Shown here: in pieces, positions 18,822 through 28,897 of the stretch | How positions within the stretch are numbered: the stretch's first letter is position 1 | Layout: each line of letters opens with the position of its first letter | Source of the DNA: an uncultured virus (IMG/VR IMGVR_UViG_3300028895_001288) | Taxonomy: Duplodnaviria > Heunggongvirae > Uroviricota > Caudoviricetes | Strand: one strand, 5' to 3' | IMG/VR virus record: IMGVR_UViG_3300028895_001288 | DNA length: 64,000 nucleotides | The notes under the pieces: model-generated | Databases searched by the model: none | Told to the model about the DNA's origin: nothing | The model's input: only the letters and a program-made list of their open reading frames with translations | Position numbers and translations under genes: made by a program

Positions 18822-19600
18822 ACAGACTCAACCCGCAACTGATCAAGCTGGCACGCGGCGCGATCCGCAAGGCGGAGAAGACGGCTGCCAAGAAGGAAGC
18901 CTTCGTGCCCATGTCACCCGCCGGTGCGGCTCCCGCACCTCCGGGTGCGCCCATGCCGCCTCCACCGGCAGGCGCGCCAGCGGCCCCCATGCCGCCCGAT
19001 CCCATGATGGCCGGCGCCATGCCGGCTGACCCCATGGCTGCAGGTGGGGCACCGCCGGCTGAAGGCGCGCCCATGGACCCGGCGGCTGCCGGTGCCGGCG
19101 GCGAGACCATGACGGTTGCGCTGCCCGACCTGATCCAACTCTTCACCATGATCGCCCAGCAGGGCGGCGCAGGCGGAGCGCCCGCTCCCGCGCCCGCCGA
19201 AGGCGGCGGTGGCGAAGGCGGCGCCGAGCCCGAGAAGAAGCCCAGCGCGGCGGCGGGCAAGGACGCCAAGATCGACATGATCCTGTCCAAGCTGGACCAG
19301 CTGATCGGGGCGCTGGGCATGGCCGACATGATGGCGCCCGCCGAGGGCGGGGCAGCCATGCCTCCCGCAGAGACGGGGATGGAAGGCGAAAACGCCCTGG
19401 CTCCCGCCGAAGGCGGCATGGCTCCCGAAGCACCCATCCCGGCGATCGATGCCGGCGGCGCGGCACCGCCCCCGCCCACGGGTGGCATGATGGTGGCTGC
19501 CGCGGAGGGCGAGAAGAAGGCATCCGGCAACGGCAACGTATCCAGGGCGAAGATGCTCAGCCGCATTTGCAGCAACCTGAGGAGTGGCCAGCGACGCTGA
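18818..19600 (+). CDS. Pro/Ala/Met/Gly-rich disordered protein with N-terminal K-x-A cluster
   Basis: LIKLA, EKTAA, KKEAF, then low complexity; EKKAS near the C-terminus. Confidence 0.7.
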   Translation: MNRLNPQLIKLARGAIRKAEKTAAKKEAFVPMSPAGAAPAPPGAPMPPPPAGAPAAPMPPDPMMAGAMPADPMAAGGAPPAEGAPMDPAAAGAGGETMTVALPDLIQLFTMIAQQGGAGGAPAPAPAEGGGGEGGAEPEKKPSAAAGKDAKIDMILSKLDQLIGALGMADMMAPAEGGAAMPPAETGMEGENALAPAEGGMAPEAPIPAIDAGGAAPPPPTGGMMVAAAEGEKKASGNGNVSRAKMLSRICSNLRSGQRR

Positions 19601-19848
19601 TGAACGTGCGTGTGCAGGGCGAGGGCTTCGAGCCCGTGCAGGTTTTGGACAATGTCCAGTCCGTGGTCATTCTGGACGACCACGGGCAGCCGGTCATCGC
19701 CGTGCAGCGCACGAAGGAGAATCAGATCCTTTCCATCAAAGCCGGGGACCCCCATTTCGACAAGACCTTGGAGGCGATGGGCATCGGGCTGAACGCCCGG
19801 GTGGTCAGTGGGCATTTTCCGAAAGGGGTACCAAGTGATCCGTCCTGA
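19600..19848 (+). CDS. Small hypothetical protein
   Basis: TGATG coupling; strong GC3 bias. Confidence 0.65.
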   Translation: MNVRVQGEGFEPVQVLDNVQSVVILDDHGQPVIAVQRTKENQILSIKAGDPHFDKTLEAMGIGLNARVVSGHFPKGVPSDPS

Positions 19849-21685
19849 TTATGTCCCTCCCCTCCTGCCCGGCGTGGGGCCCCTGTCTTTTGAGAAGGCG
19901 GCGGTTGCCCCCTTGGTGGCGGCTGCCCTGCCCACGGTCGGTAGAGTGGCGGGAGGGTGGCTTTTGCGGCGAGGGGGAGCAGCACTGCTTCGGCGGTTGG
20001 GGCAGCGAGTTATCCCTGCGCTGCGCAGGTTTTTTGGAAGAGGTACTTCAGCGGCACGTTCCGCTCTGCGTGCTGACATTACCCCCAGGAAAGCTTTTGA
20101 ACGCATACCAGCACAAGTAAAGTTGCCGAAGCGTGATCCCATCACAGGCAAGAAAGCACCTCGTCACATGCGTGGTTGGCAGGATCGCTCCATGATTACA
20201 GAAGGTGTGGCACCTGGAACGCGTCCGCCTGCGGCGCCTGCCGCAGCGTCAGGGAAGCCGGGATTGGCTACACGTTTCGTTGACTGGGCCACGGGCCGCA
20301 AAAATGTGGACCCTTCCACGGGCAAAACACCTGGCGTGATGGGTCAGGCCATGAACGTGGGGGGCAAGGTATTGAACACCGCGCTCTACGGGAGCATAGG
20401 GGCTGACCTTTTGGGTTCACTGGGTTCGTTGTGGAAAGGCGGTTCGCCACCTGTAGCGTCCGGGTCTGCGGGACATCAAATGTGGAACTATCCCAAGACG
20501 GCCGAGCGTAGAGCTGCCTTCGAGGAGGGTGTGGACCGGTTTTGCAAGGAAGCCGACTTCGACGACGAGGACAAGCAAGCATTATACACGTTGATCGAAA
20601 CAGCCGCTGAGTTGGAAAAGCGGGGCGTGGACACTTGGGAGCTCCTTAAAAAGCCGGTTGTGGACCCTTTGGGCACGTGGATAGGCGTGGGGCATACTCT
20701 GCTGTCCGGGCTGGGAGGAATAGGTTCGGATAAGGGTATCTTAGGAGCAATGGAACACACGGGCAAGAAGTATATGAGAAGTGGACCAAATCCGTTCGAG
20801 AAAGGAATTTCAAGTATCTTTTGGGGCGACCCTGGCGCACGTGCTGAAAGTGCTGCCAAGAAAAATCAAACCCCCGAGCAGCGGGAACAGGCTTCTCGCA
20901 GGGATCAGGTTCGCGGCTTGAGCGAAGAGATCATGAAGGACGAGGGGCTACGCGAAGACATTGAGAGGCGAGGGTTCAGGGAACTAAGGCGCTGGGCCAA
21001 ATCCAGGAACGTGCCGTTGGGCGTGGCACGCGACGCGCTGAAGGGTACGACTTCGGTGCATCCTCAACTCGCTGGTGCGCTAAAACAACCTACGAAGCCC
21101 GGTGTTACGCCCGGTTCACGGCTCATTGGTGTACGAAGCGGAGCTAGGCAAACACAAGGTGGCTCCGTCCCACTCAGGCTGGGTCCAATGCCTGCGGCGA
21201 GGCCTCCGGCTTCAAATACACCTGGAGCGGCGCCCGCACCAACCGAACCCGCCACGGCGCCGGCGGCAAGTACATCCCCTTCTGCCGCCGAGGCGGCTTC
21301 ATCGTTCAAGAACCAGGTGAACGCCCGGAACCCCGGCGCGAAGTGGCTCAACCTGAGCAAGGGCGAAGGTGCGATCCTGCCCGTGGATCAGTCGGCCGGC
21401 CCGAACCTGCAGCGCAGGGCCCAGACAAACGCCTTCTTCAACATGCAGCCGCAGCAGGGCAACGTGACCATGGCCCAGCGTGGCGGCACGGGCGTGGAGA
21501 CGCTCACCCCGCGTACGCAGTCAAGCAACATGCCCTTCGCGGAGGGTACGGGTTCGCCGTCCACGGGCATGACCGACTTCAGCGACTGGATGAAGACCAC
21601 CTACGGCGACACCAGTAAGATGACCGACCCCAGCAACATGATCTCTACGGGTGTGGACATGAAGACGCCCAAGCCGAACGTTTAG
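19835..21685 (+). CDS. Mosaic hypothetical protein with K-x-A-delimited basic and Gly-rich segments
   Basis: AAAGGGG RBS with GTG start; FEKAA, PKTAE, FCKEAD, DKQAL; lower GC than the core genes. Confidence 0.65.
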   Translation: MIRPDYVPPLLPGVGPLSFEKAAVAPLVAAALPTVGRVAGGWLLRRGGAALLRRLGQRVIPALRRFFGRGTSAARSALRADITPRKAFERIPAQVKLPKRDPITGKKAPRHMRGWQDRSMITEGVAPGTRPPAAPAAASGKPGLATRFVDWATGRKNVDPSTGKTPGVMGQAMNVGGKVLNTALYGSIGADLLGSLGSLWKGGSPPVASGSAGHQMWNYPKTAERRAAFEEGVDRFCKEADFDDEDKQALYTLIETAAELEKRGVDTWELLKKPVVDPLGTWIGVGHTLLSGLGGIGSDKGILGAMEHTGKKYMRSGPNPFEKGISSIFWGDPGARAESAAKKNQTPEQREQASRRDQVRGLSEEIMKDEGLREDIERRGFRELRRWAKSRNVPLGVARDALKGTTSVHPQLAGALKQPTKPGVTPGSRLIGVRSGARQTQGGSVPLRLGPMPAARPPASNTPGAAPAPTEPATAPAASTSPSAAEAASSFKNQVNARNPGAKWLNLSKGEGAILPVDQSAGPNLQRRAQTNAFFNMQPQQGNVTMAQRGGTGVETLTPRTQSSNMPFAEGTGSPSTGMTDFSDWMKTTYGDTSKMTDPSNMISTGVDMKTPKPNV

Positions 21686-21694
21686 GGGTTGTGA

Positions 21695-23533
21695 ATGGAA
21701 ACGACGGTTGGACAGCTCCTGCTGAACGAGGCCTTGCCCGAGGACATGCGCGACTACCGCCGTGTCATCGACAAGAAGTCCCTCGCGCCGCTGTTCACCG
21801 AACTGGCCGAGAAGCACCCCGACCACTACGCCGAGATCAACCAGCGCCTCCACACCCTGGCCGCCGACGCGGTGACGGGGCACGGCGGCGTGACCAGCCT
21901 CACGCTCGACTCGCTGCGCACGCCGCTGGGCATCGAGCGCGCCCGCAAGGAACTGCAAAAGAAGATCGACAAGGTGCTGGACGGACCCGGCACCCAGGAA
22001 CAGAAGAATGAAAGAATCGTGGGACTGATCTCCGACGCGCTGGAGCCCGTCACGCAGGAGAATTACAAAGAGAACCTGGCGGCCGACAACCCGCTGGCCG
22101 TGCAGGTTTCCTCCGGCAGCCGGGGCAACCCCGCCGGCCTGCGCTCCCTGACAGCAGGGGATCTGCTTTTCACGGACCACAAGGACCGCCCGATCCCGGT
22201 GCCGGTCCTTACGTCTTTCTCGGAAGGGTTGGACCCCGTGCAGTACTGGGCCGGCGCGTACACGGCCCGCAAGGGCACCATCGCCACCAAGTTTGCCACC
22301 CCCAAGTCGGGGTTCCTGGGCAAGCAGCTCGCGGCGGCCTCCCACCGCCTGGTGGTCACCGAAAAGGATTGCGGCACGCCCAACGGCCTCGTGGTGGACG
22401 CTCACGACCCGGACAACGAGGGGGCCGTGCTGGCTTCGGACGCTGGCGCGTTCAAACGCGGCGAGGTGCTGGACCCCAATAACATGCGCAAGCTGAAGGA
22501 CCAGATCGTGGTGCGTTCGCCCATGACCTGCCAGGCGGAGAACGGCATCTGCCAGCAGTGCGCCGGGGTGCGCGAGCGAGGCGGCTTCCCGCCTATCGGC
22601 GACAACGTCGGGATGGCCGCCGCACACGCCATCTCCGAACCCATCGGGCAGGGTCAGCTGAACGTCAAACACGGCGGCGGGAAGCTGAAAAAGCGCGACG
22701 AGGCCAAGACGGGCATCGACCTGATCAACCAACTCGTGCAGGTTCCCAAGACTTTTGCCGGGGCTGCTGCGATATCAACCGTTGACGGTCGAGTCGAGCG
22801 GGTGGAGAATGCTCCACAAGGCGGCCAGTACATTCGGATTGCGGGTACCGAACATTGGGTGCCGGCAGGCGAGGACCTGGTTGTCAAGCGTGGGGACAAG
22901 GTGGAGGCCGGGGACGTCCTTTCCAGCGGCATCCCGAACCCGGCCGAGATCACGCGCTTCAAGGGGATCGGGGAGGGCCGGCGGTACTTCATGGAGATGT
23001 TCCGCAAGACGCTGGAGGAGAACCGCTTCAAGGCGCACCGGCGCAACGTGGAACTGCTCTCCAGGGGCCTGATCAACCACGTCAGGGTGACGGATCTGGA
23101 CGGACCGGCGGACACCCTGCCCGACGACGTGGCCGAGTACGACGACATCGTGCGCGGATATCAGGCCCGTTATGGCTCCAAAACGGTTGCCCCGAAGCGT
23201 GCCCTTGGGTTATACCTGGAACGTCCCGCACTGCACTATTCGATCGGGACGCGCGTCACGCCCCGCGTGGCCAAGAGTTTGCAGGACCACGGCGTAGAAA
23301 ATGTGCTGGCCCATGCCGACGAACCAAGCTTCGTACCGGAGATGACACGGGCGATGGAAACCCTCTCACACTCCAGCGACTGGATGGTGCGATTGGGCGG
23401 TTTCCATTTGAAAAAGTCCTTAATGGGGGCGTTGCACCGTGGACGAGAGTCCAAGGAGCACGGCACCTCATTCATCCCTCCACTCGCGAAGGGCGTCGAG
23501 TTCGGCAAGCCAAAAGGCGACGTCGGATACTGA
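21695..23533 (+). CDS. rpoC: RNA polymerase beta' C-terminal half
   Basis: TTVGQ, SGSRG, bridge helix SFSEGL...ARKG...KSGFL, DCGT, Zn site RSPMTC...GICQQC, trigger loop AHAISEPIGQGQLNVKHGGG. Confidence 0.92.
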   Translation: METTVGQLLLNEALPEDMRDYRRVIDKKSLAPLFTELAEKHPDHYAEINQRLHTLAADAVTGHGGVTSLTLDSLRTPLGIERARKELQKKIDKVLDGPGTQEQKNERIVGLISDALEPVTQENYKENLAADNPLAVQVSSGSRGNPAGLRSLTAGDLLFTDHKDRPIPVPVLTSFSEGLDPVQYWAGAYTARKGTIATKFATPKSGFLGKQLAAASHRLVVTEKDCGTPNGLVVDAHDPDNEGAVLASDAGAFKRGEVLDPNNMRKLKDQIVVRSPMTCQAENGICQQCAGVRERGGFPPIGDNVGMAAAHAISEPIGQGQLNVKHGGGKLKKRDEAKTGIDLINQLVQVPKTFAGAAAISTVDGRVERVENAPQGGQYIRIAGTEHWVPAGEDLVVKRGDKVEAGDVLSSGIPNPAEITRFKGIGEGRRYFMEMFRKTLEENRFKAHRRNVELLSRGLINHVRVTDLDGPADTLPDDVAEYDDIVRGYQARYGSKTVAPKRALGLYLERPALHYSIGTRVTPRVAKSLQDHGVENVLAHADEPSFVPEMTRAMETLSHSSDWMVRLGGFHLKKSLMGALHRGRESKEHGTSFIPPLAKGVEFGKPKGDVGY

Positions 23534-23543
23534 GGAGCAAGCG

Positions 23544-24035
23544 ATGTCGAGTGTCGAAGAGTTGACGAAGGAAGCCTCCGAGATGGGGCGCGCGAGCGCT
23601 GTGTCCCGTCTGGGTTACGCCGTGGGGTGCATCGAGGCGGCGATGCCCGATGACGCCTGCGTCGAGAAGGTGGCCCAGGTGATACGCGTGCCCAAGACCA
23701 TGATCAAGGTGGCGATCGTGCTGAAGCGTGCCAGCCCGCTGCTCAAGGCATTGGGCGTCGGGGCCGCGCTGGCCGGCGGTTTGCCCATCCTGACGGGTCT
23801 GGGTCGCGGAGCGTCGCGTGGGCTGGAAAAGGCCGTCAGCCGCATTGGCGGGCCGTACTCCGACCTCCTGGGCGGCTCGTCCATGGGTGAGATCGGGGGC
23901 ATGGCGCCCGACGAGATGAAGCGCGTCAACAAGCTCATCATGCGACAGGCCCTGCGGAACTACCAGATGCAGGGCATGCTGGAAAACCTGAGGTTCGCGA
24001 ACACCCGTCCCCGAGGCGGCCTCTTCGGAGCGTAA
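23544..24035 (+). CDS. Hypothetical protein: K-x-A cluster, then a hydrophobic Gly-rich helix
   Basis: GAGGAG RBS; TKEAS, EKVA, IKVA, LKRAS. Confidence 0.7.
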   Translation: MSSVEELTKEASEMGRASAVSRLGYAVGCIEAAMPDDACVEKVAQVIRVPKTMIKVAIVLKRASPLLKALGVGAALAGGLPILTGLGRGASRGLEKAVSRIGGPYSDLLGGSSMGEIGGMAPDEMKRVNKLIMRQALRNYQMQGMLENLRFANTRPRGGLFGA

Positions 24036-24065
24036 CAACCCGCATAGATCAAGGAGCGCAGACGG

Positions 24066-26657
24066 ATGCCGGCGCCAAACGCATCAGAAAGCAACTTGGA
24101 GCGCACCTTTGCGGACGTGGCGTACGCCCGACTGCGCGACAAGGCTCCCTCCATGCTGGACTACCTGATCGGGTTCCAGCTCGTCGACAAGAACGAAGAG
24201 GAGACCCACGCGGTGGGGATCTTCGGGTTCAAGGTGGGATCAGAGTGGGTCTATGCCCCCGTGTTCTTCATCAACGGGGAGCTGAAGGGCCACGAGCTGA
24301 TGTACATCAAGAGCCAGGACGCGTTCGTGCCGATGACCGAGGAGTGGGTCAACTACATCCTCAACCGCAGGCCGTCCGTGCTGGGCGAGCCGGAGGAGCG
24401 GGAGCGCAACGAAATACCGCTGCGCCAGCCCGACTTCGACGTGTTCGCCCGGAGTCCGTACATCGGCTCCAAGTTCGCGGCGCACACCCGGCCCAGCTTC
24501 AATCAGATCGTGGAGCGGATGGACCCGAACCTGCACGGGTTCATGCCCGTCTTCCACCCCGAGAACTGGCCCAACGGGAAGAAGTACGCGTCGCTGGGCA
24601 CGCGCTTCACCGTGCCCGGAGCGCTCAAGGCGCTGGGCAAGCGGGCGATGCTCAACCTCGTGGCCTCTATGAAGGAGGACGAGAAGTTCGCCAACGCCGT
24701 ATTGGGGTTCTACGACCTGAAGAATGACATCGCCGGCTTTGAGAAAGCGGCCAAGGCGGACAAGGACTCCGTCAACTACCAGGAGGACGCGGCCTTCTCG
24801 AAGTGTAGCGCCTGCAACAACTACACGGAGGGCGGCGGCTGCACCCAGGTCTCCGGTGACATCTCACCCAACGCGACCTGTTCCCTGTGGTCCGCCGCGA
24901 CAGCCAAGCCGGTGGAACCCATCGAGCCGATCAAGGCCGGCTCCACCGACGCGGACAAAGGCCCGCATACGGAATCGACCGGCAAGGGCAAGAAGCCCAA
25001 GAACACCATCCCCGTGGACAAGCCCGTCACGCAGGAGGAGCAGGACGAGCACGGCCGCGAGGAGGACCTCCTCAACGACCTGCAGCCCGCCATGCCCCTC
25101 AAGGGCGCGGCCCTGGTGATCACGCAGGAGGAGGCCACGCAGTACGACCCCTACCTGACCGACACCGACCGCGAGGCGCTGATGCGGGAACGCTATCTGA
25201 TCAAGGACGCCCGGCACGACGACGCGACCTCGCAGGTCTACTCTACCCAGGTCAACACGTCCGTGCAGGGACCGCGCGATCCGGGCCTGTACGACGTCTA
25301 CAACCGCGACGGCGGCACGCGGAAGATGCTGATCATCACCGCGCCGAAGCTCTTCTCGGCGTACGGTCGCCGGGACAAGAACGGCATGTGCGTGGTCGTG
25401 GACCTGGACCAGAAGGCCTACGGCAACTATTTCCCCGTCGACATCCTGACCCGCCAGCAGTATGGCTCCAGCGCCATGAAGAACCTGCTCAACAGTGGCA
25501 CCGACCCGAAGAACATGAAGCCCGGGCAGACCGCCGTGCTTGTGGGCCCGGGGTGCAAAGGCACGTGCGTTTTCCAGGTGGACAACAAGCGCACCAACGG
25601 CGACGGGCAGGTGGAGTTCGACGTGTGGGGGCGGGACCACGACATGTCCTCCAACTCGCTGGTCAAGCGGCGCGACACCAACATCTCGGACGACGATTTC
25701 TCCGATTCGGTGCGCAGTCTGGTGATCACGGACAAGGACGTGCCGGACATGCAGCAGGTCGGCGAGGCCCTGTACGTGCCGAAGGGGTTCAAGGCCATCG
25801 TGATCCGGGAGTCGGACAAGCTCAGGGACACCGTCTGTTGCCCCCCGCCGAAGTCCGCGCCGAAGTCCACGCTGGACCTGGGCAACATCAACGACTTCTG
25901 GCAGCAGCTGTGGAAGGCCGCCGGCGAGAAGAAGGGCCGGTACCGCCGCATGCGCATCCTGACCGACGGCATCACCTTCAAGACCGATCTCAACGGGACG
26001 CAGGGTCCGCCCCTGTCCAAGGTGGCCACCCTGAAGACCCTGGTCATGACCTACGGCCTGAACCAGAAGGATGCGGAACTGCTGGTCAAGCAGGCGCAGC
26101 CGCGCAAGGCTTGCAACTACATCGTAAAGCTGGCGCAAGGATACGGTGACGCGCCCGCGCCCGCCTACTTCCCGGAACCGGCTATGGGCAACGAAGGCGG
26201 CATCCCGGCCCCGATCCAGTACCCCCAGCACAACCTGGAGAACCTGGGCCAGATCGATCCGTTCAACCGGGAGATGTACCGCGAGCACAACTACATCGAC
26301 GAGGGCGCCAAGCGCTTCGCGGAGAACGCCTCCCAGCAGGGCCAGAAGGAGGTGCTCGACACCGCGGTGATCTCGGGCCTGGTGAAGACCATGGACTCGG
26401 ACGCCGTCGTGGACAGCTACATCGGCGACCTGCTGTTGGGGCTGGACCGTATCGGGCGCATCCTGTTCATGTTCTACTGGCACAACGAGGCCTTCAAGGA
26501 GCGCTACGGCCAGCAGGACATGCCGGAGATGGAAGACAACCTTCGCAACGTCTTCAAGAACCTGGGCGAGCTGGCCCTGTTCCTGAAGCAGAAGACGATC
26601 GAGCCGGACGAAGCCGACAGTGGGGAGGCGGAACTGACAAACGTCCTGGCATCATGA
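24066..26657 (+). CDS. Large multidomain protein with K-x-A linkers and a HiPIP-like Cys4 insert (probable head/core protein)
   Basis: AAGGAG RBS; SKFAA, EKAAK, LKGAA, WKAAG, VKQAQ, VKLAQ. Confidence 0.75.
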   Translation: MPAPNASESNLERTFADVAYARLRDKAPSMLDYLIGFQLVDKNEEETHAVGIFGFKVGSEWVYAPVFFINGELKGHELMYIKSQDAFVPMTEEWVNYILNRRPSVLGEPEERERNEIPLRQPDFDVFARSPYIGSKFAAHTRPSFNQIVERMDPNLHGFMPVFHPENWPNGKKYASLGTRFTVPGALKALGKRAMLNLVASMKEDEKFANAVLGFYDLKNDIAGFEKAAKADKDSVNYQEDAAFSKCSACNNYTEGGGCTQVSGDISPNATCSLWSAATAKPVEPIEPIKAGSTDADKGPHTESTGKGKKPKNTIPVDKPVTQEEQDEHGREEDLLNDLQPAMPLKGAALVITQEEATQYDPYLTDTDREALMRERYLIKDARHDDATSQVYSTQVNTSVQGPRDPGLYDVYNRDGGTRKMLIITAPKLFSAYGRRDKNGMCVVVDLDQKAYGNYFPVDILTRQQYGSSAMKNLLNSGTDPKNMKPGQTAVLVGPGCKGTCVFQVDNKRTNGDGQVEFDVWGRDHDMSSNSLVKRRDTNISDDDFSDSVRSLVITDKDVPDMQQVGEALYVPKGFKAIVIRESDKLRDTVCCPPPKSAPKSTLDLGNINDFWQQLWKAAGEKKGRYRRMRILTDGITFKTDLNGTQGPPLSKVATLKTLVMTYGLNQKDAELLVKQAQPRKACNYIVKLAQGYGDAPAPAYFPEPAMGNEGGIPAPIQYPQHNLENLGQIDPFNREMYREHNYIDEGAKRFAENASQQGQKEVLDTAVISGLVKTMDSDAVVDSYIGDLLLGLDRIGRILFMFYWHNEAFKERYGQQDMPEMEDNLRNVFKNLGELALFLKQKTIEPDEADSGEAELTNVLAS

Positions 26658-26658
26658 T

Positions 26659-27495
26659 ATGCAAAAAGCAGACCTTCAACTCCTCGAAGCCGCTCCTGAC
26701 AAGGAGTGGCAGATGGTACAGGACGCGGTTACGAAGCGCCTCGAGCCGGGTCGCAGCCCCGAGCTGTCCCTGCGCCGGCGCTCCTACCGTTTCCTGCGCC
26801 GTTGGGTGAAGGCCTCCATCTGCGAAGCCGACAAGCTCAAGCGCGAATACCCCGACATCTACGTGGCCTACTGCCTGTACCTGAACCCGGCCAGCGTGCG
26901 CTGGATCATCGAGGCGGGGCTGCTGACCGACGTGTCGTACGAGGACATGGCCGAGTACGTGGGCAAGTCGGTCGACGTGCTCAAGACCTACGAGAAGCTC
27001 TTCTTCAACGTGCGCCACCGGCTGGACTCCAAGGGCGAGATCATGAACATGGTTCTGCTCCCCACGGTGGCCTCCGGCCTGGACGGCCGCGACTTCGACT
27101 TCCTCTACAAGACGCTGGCCTACTGCGCCGGCTGGAAGGCCCTGCAGGCGTTCATCGAGGTGGGCGAGATGGACGCCAACACCGAGGACTGGCTGCAGTC
27201 CTCGTTCCGTTCGCGCCTGAAGAAGCTGGGCTGGATTGCCGTGCACCGCGTCGAGGTCAACCAGTTCACGGCCATCGAGATCATCGACCGGTGCCTGGAA
27301 CTGGTGCGTTTGGAGAAGGAGCACGGCACCGGAGCCGCCCAGGATCAGGCCTCCCAGCTGATGAAAGACTTGCTGGAGGGATCTTCGCTGACTATCATCT
27401 CTTCCAAGGCGAAGTTGTCGGCGAATGAACCGCGTGCACTGTTTGCCAAGGCCGGAACGTACGAGGGGCCTTTCGCGCTCCCACAGGAGACCTGA
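26659..27495 (+). CDS. Hypothetical helical protein
   Basis: Operon-packed ORF with strong GC3 bias. Confidence 0.7.
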   Translation: MQKADLQLLEAAPDKEWQMVQDAVTKRLEPGRSPELSLRRRSYRFLRRWVKASICEADKLKREYPDIYVAYCLYLNPASVRWIIEAGLLTDVSYEDMAEYVGKSVDVLKTYEKLFFNVRHRLDSKGEIMNMVLLPTVASGLDGRDFDFLYKTLAYCAGWKALQAFIEVGEMDANTEDWLQSSFRSRLKKLGWIAVHRVEVNQFTAIEIIDRCLELVRLEKEHGTGAAQDQASQLMKDLLEGSSLTIISSKAKLSANEPRALFAKAGTYEGPFALPQET

Positions 27496-27496
27496 G

Positions 27497-28885
27497 ATGG
27501 AAAAGCTCAGCAAGGAAAATGAACAGAAGGTCATCGCCGCCATCGAGAGCGCGATCAAGCTGGCCAACGCCGGCTCCACGCCCAACGAGGCGCTGCGCAA
27601 GGTGGCCGAGGACAACAGCTTCACGCCGCCGCTGGTGCGCCGCATGGTCGAGGCCTTCAACGTTTCCAAGACGCTGGCGCACATGAAGCACGCTTCCGGC
27701 GAGGACCGCGTGAACTCCTTCCCGCTGGCCGACGCCGGCGAGATCCTCAAGGAGATGTACCCGGAGAACCCGGTCGCGCCCGCCGACGAGAAGGCTGCCG
27801 AGTTCGAGCCGTCCTTCTACCGGTACCCCGAGCGTCACAACTACATGAAAGAGGCGGCCACGGAAGTCACGCTGCCGCCCCTGGTCGACAAGAAGGCCGA
27901 GGCGTACGGGCCCGACCCGGTCGTGGTGGCGCGCACGCGTGCGGACAGGTTGCAGGGGCTGAGCAAAAGGGCCGACAACAGGCGCTCGGTGTACCGCCAG
28001 AAGATCTGGGAGCTGAACAGTCTGGTGAAGGAGGGGGGCGCCTATTTCAGGCAGCTCTACCACACCCCGTTTGCCGAGGTCGAACGCAACATGGTCGGCG
28101 AGTACGGGGCCATGGGCAAGACGCTCATGGACATGATCTACAAGGAGGGCCGGCTCAAGGAATCGCGCTACGCCGAGGACGCGCCCGTGCGGCAGTGGCT
28201 GTTCGACTCCAAGGCCGAACCTTACACCCACCTGACCATGGCGCTGAAGGTCGCGTCCGACTCCGTGAAGCTGGTGAAGGAGGCAGCACGGGCCCAGCTC
28301 GAGCACGAGAAGTTCGCACGGGAGTGCGGCTATCCGCTGCCCGTCGACGACGAGGAGGAGGGTGAGGTCAAGGAGGCGCTTCTTGATGAAGTGCTGCACG
28401 AGCACCACACCCCCTTCGAGGAGAACGCGCTCGCGCCGGCCTCGGAGGTGGCCGAGGACCCTTTTGAGAAAGACGCCGTCCTTCCGGGTCTGCCGGAGAC
28501 GGCTTTGGCTTCCGGCGCCATGAGCATCCTGGGCCTGAAGGAGACGGACGAGAAGGACAGGCAGCAGGCGCTCAGCGAGGCGCTGGACCCCGTGCATGAG
28601 TCGAAGCTCAGGTCCATCTCCACGCAGGCCATGCTGTCCGACTTCATGTCCAACGACCCGATCATCAGCTCCTACTCGCAGGACGACGTCGTGAACGCCT
28701 ACAACCAGCTGGCGCAGCTGGCACCGTCCGTGTCGCAGCAGCCCGCGGTGGCGCGCGGCATGCTACGGCGGCTGCTGCAGTCCGAGAGCATCGTGGAACC
28801 GCACGAGGCCGGACAGCTGACGGACGTGGAGACGAAGCTGAGGAAGGGCACACCGGGTATCGCGGAAGTCCCTCCACGCGTTTGA
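27497..28885 (+). CDS. Hypothetical K-x-A-rich protein (probable head/core)
   Basis: AGGAG RBS; IKLA, RKVA, EKAA, MKEAA, VKEAA, VKEAL, EKDA. Confidence 0.7.
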   Translation: MEKLSKENEQKVIAAIESAIKLANAGSTPNEALRKVAEDNSFTPPLVRRMVEAFNVSKTLAHMKHASGEDRVNSFPLADAGEILKEMYPENPVAPADEKAAEFEPSFYRYPERHNYMKEAATEVTLPPLVDKKAEAYGPDPVVVARTRADRLQGLSKRADNRRSVYRQKIWELNSLVKEGGAYFRQLYHTPFAEVERNMVGEYGAMGKTLMDMIYKEGRLKESRYAEDAPVRQWLFDSKAEPYTHLTMALKVASDSVKLVKEAARAQLEHEKFARECGYPLPVDDEEEGEVKEALLDEVLHEHHTPFEENALAPASEVAEDPFEKDAVLPGLPETALASGAMSILGLKETDEKDRQQALSEALDPVHESKLRSISTQAMLSDFMSNDPIISSYSQDDVVNAYNQLAQLAPSVSQQPAVARGMLRRLLQSESIVEPHEAGQLTDVETKLRKGTPGIAEVPPRV

Positions 28886-28897
28886 TCGGAGCCTGAC

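Noticed and set aside
11005..23533. Cellular rpoBC operon of a bacterium
   Set aside because: No ribosomal-protein or nusG context; surrounded by capsid, sheath and baseplate genes; reduced and rearranged architecture
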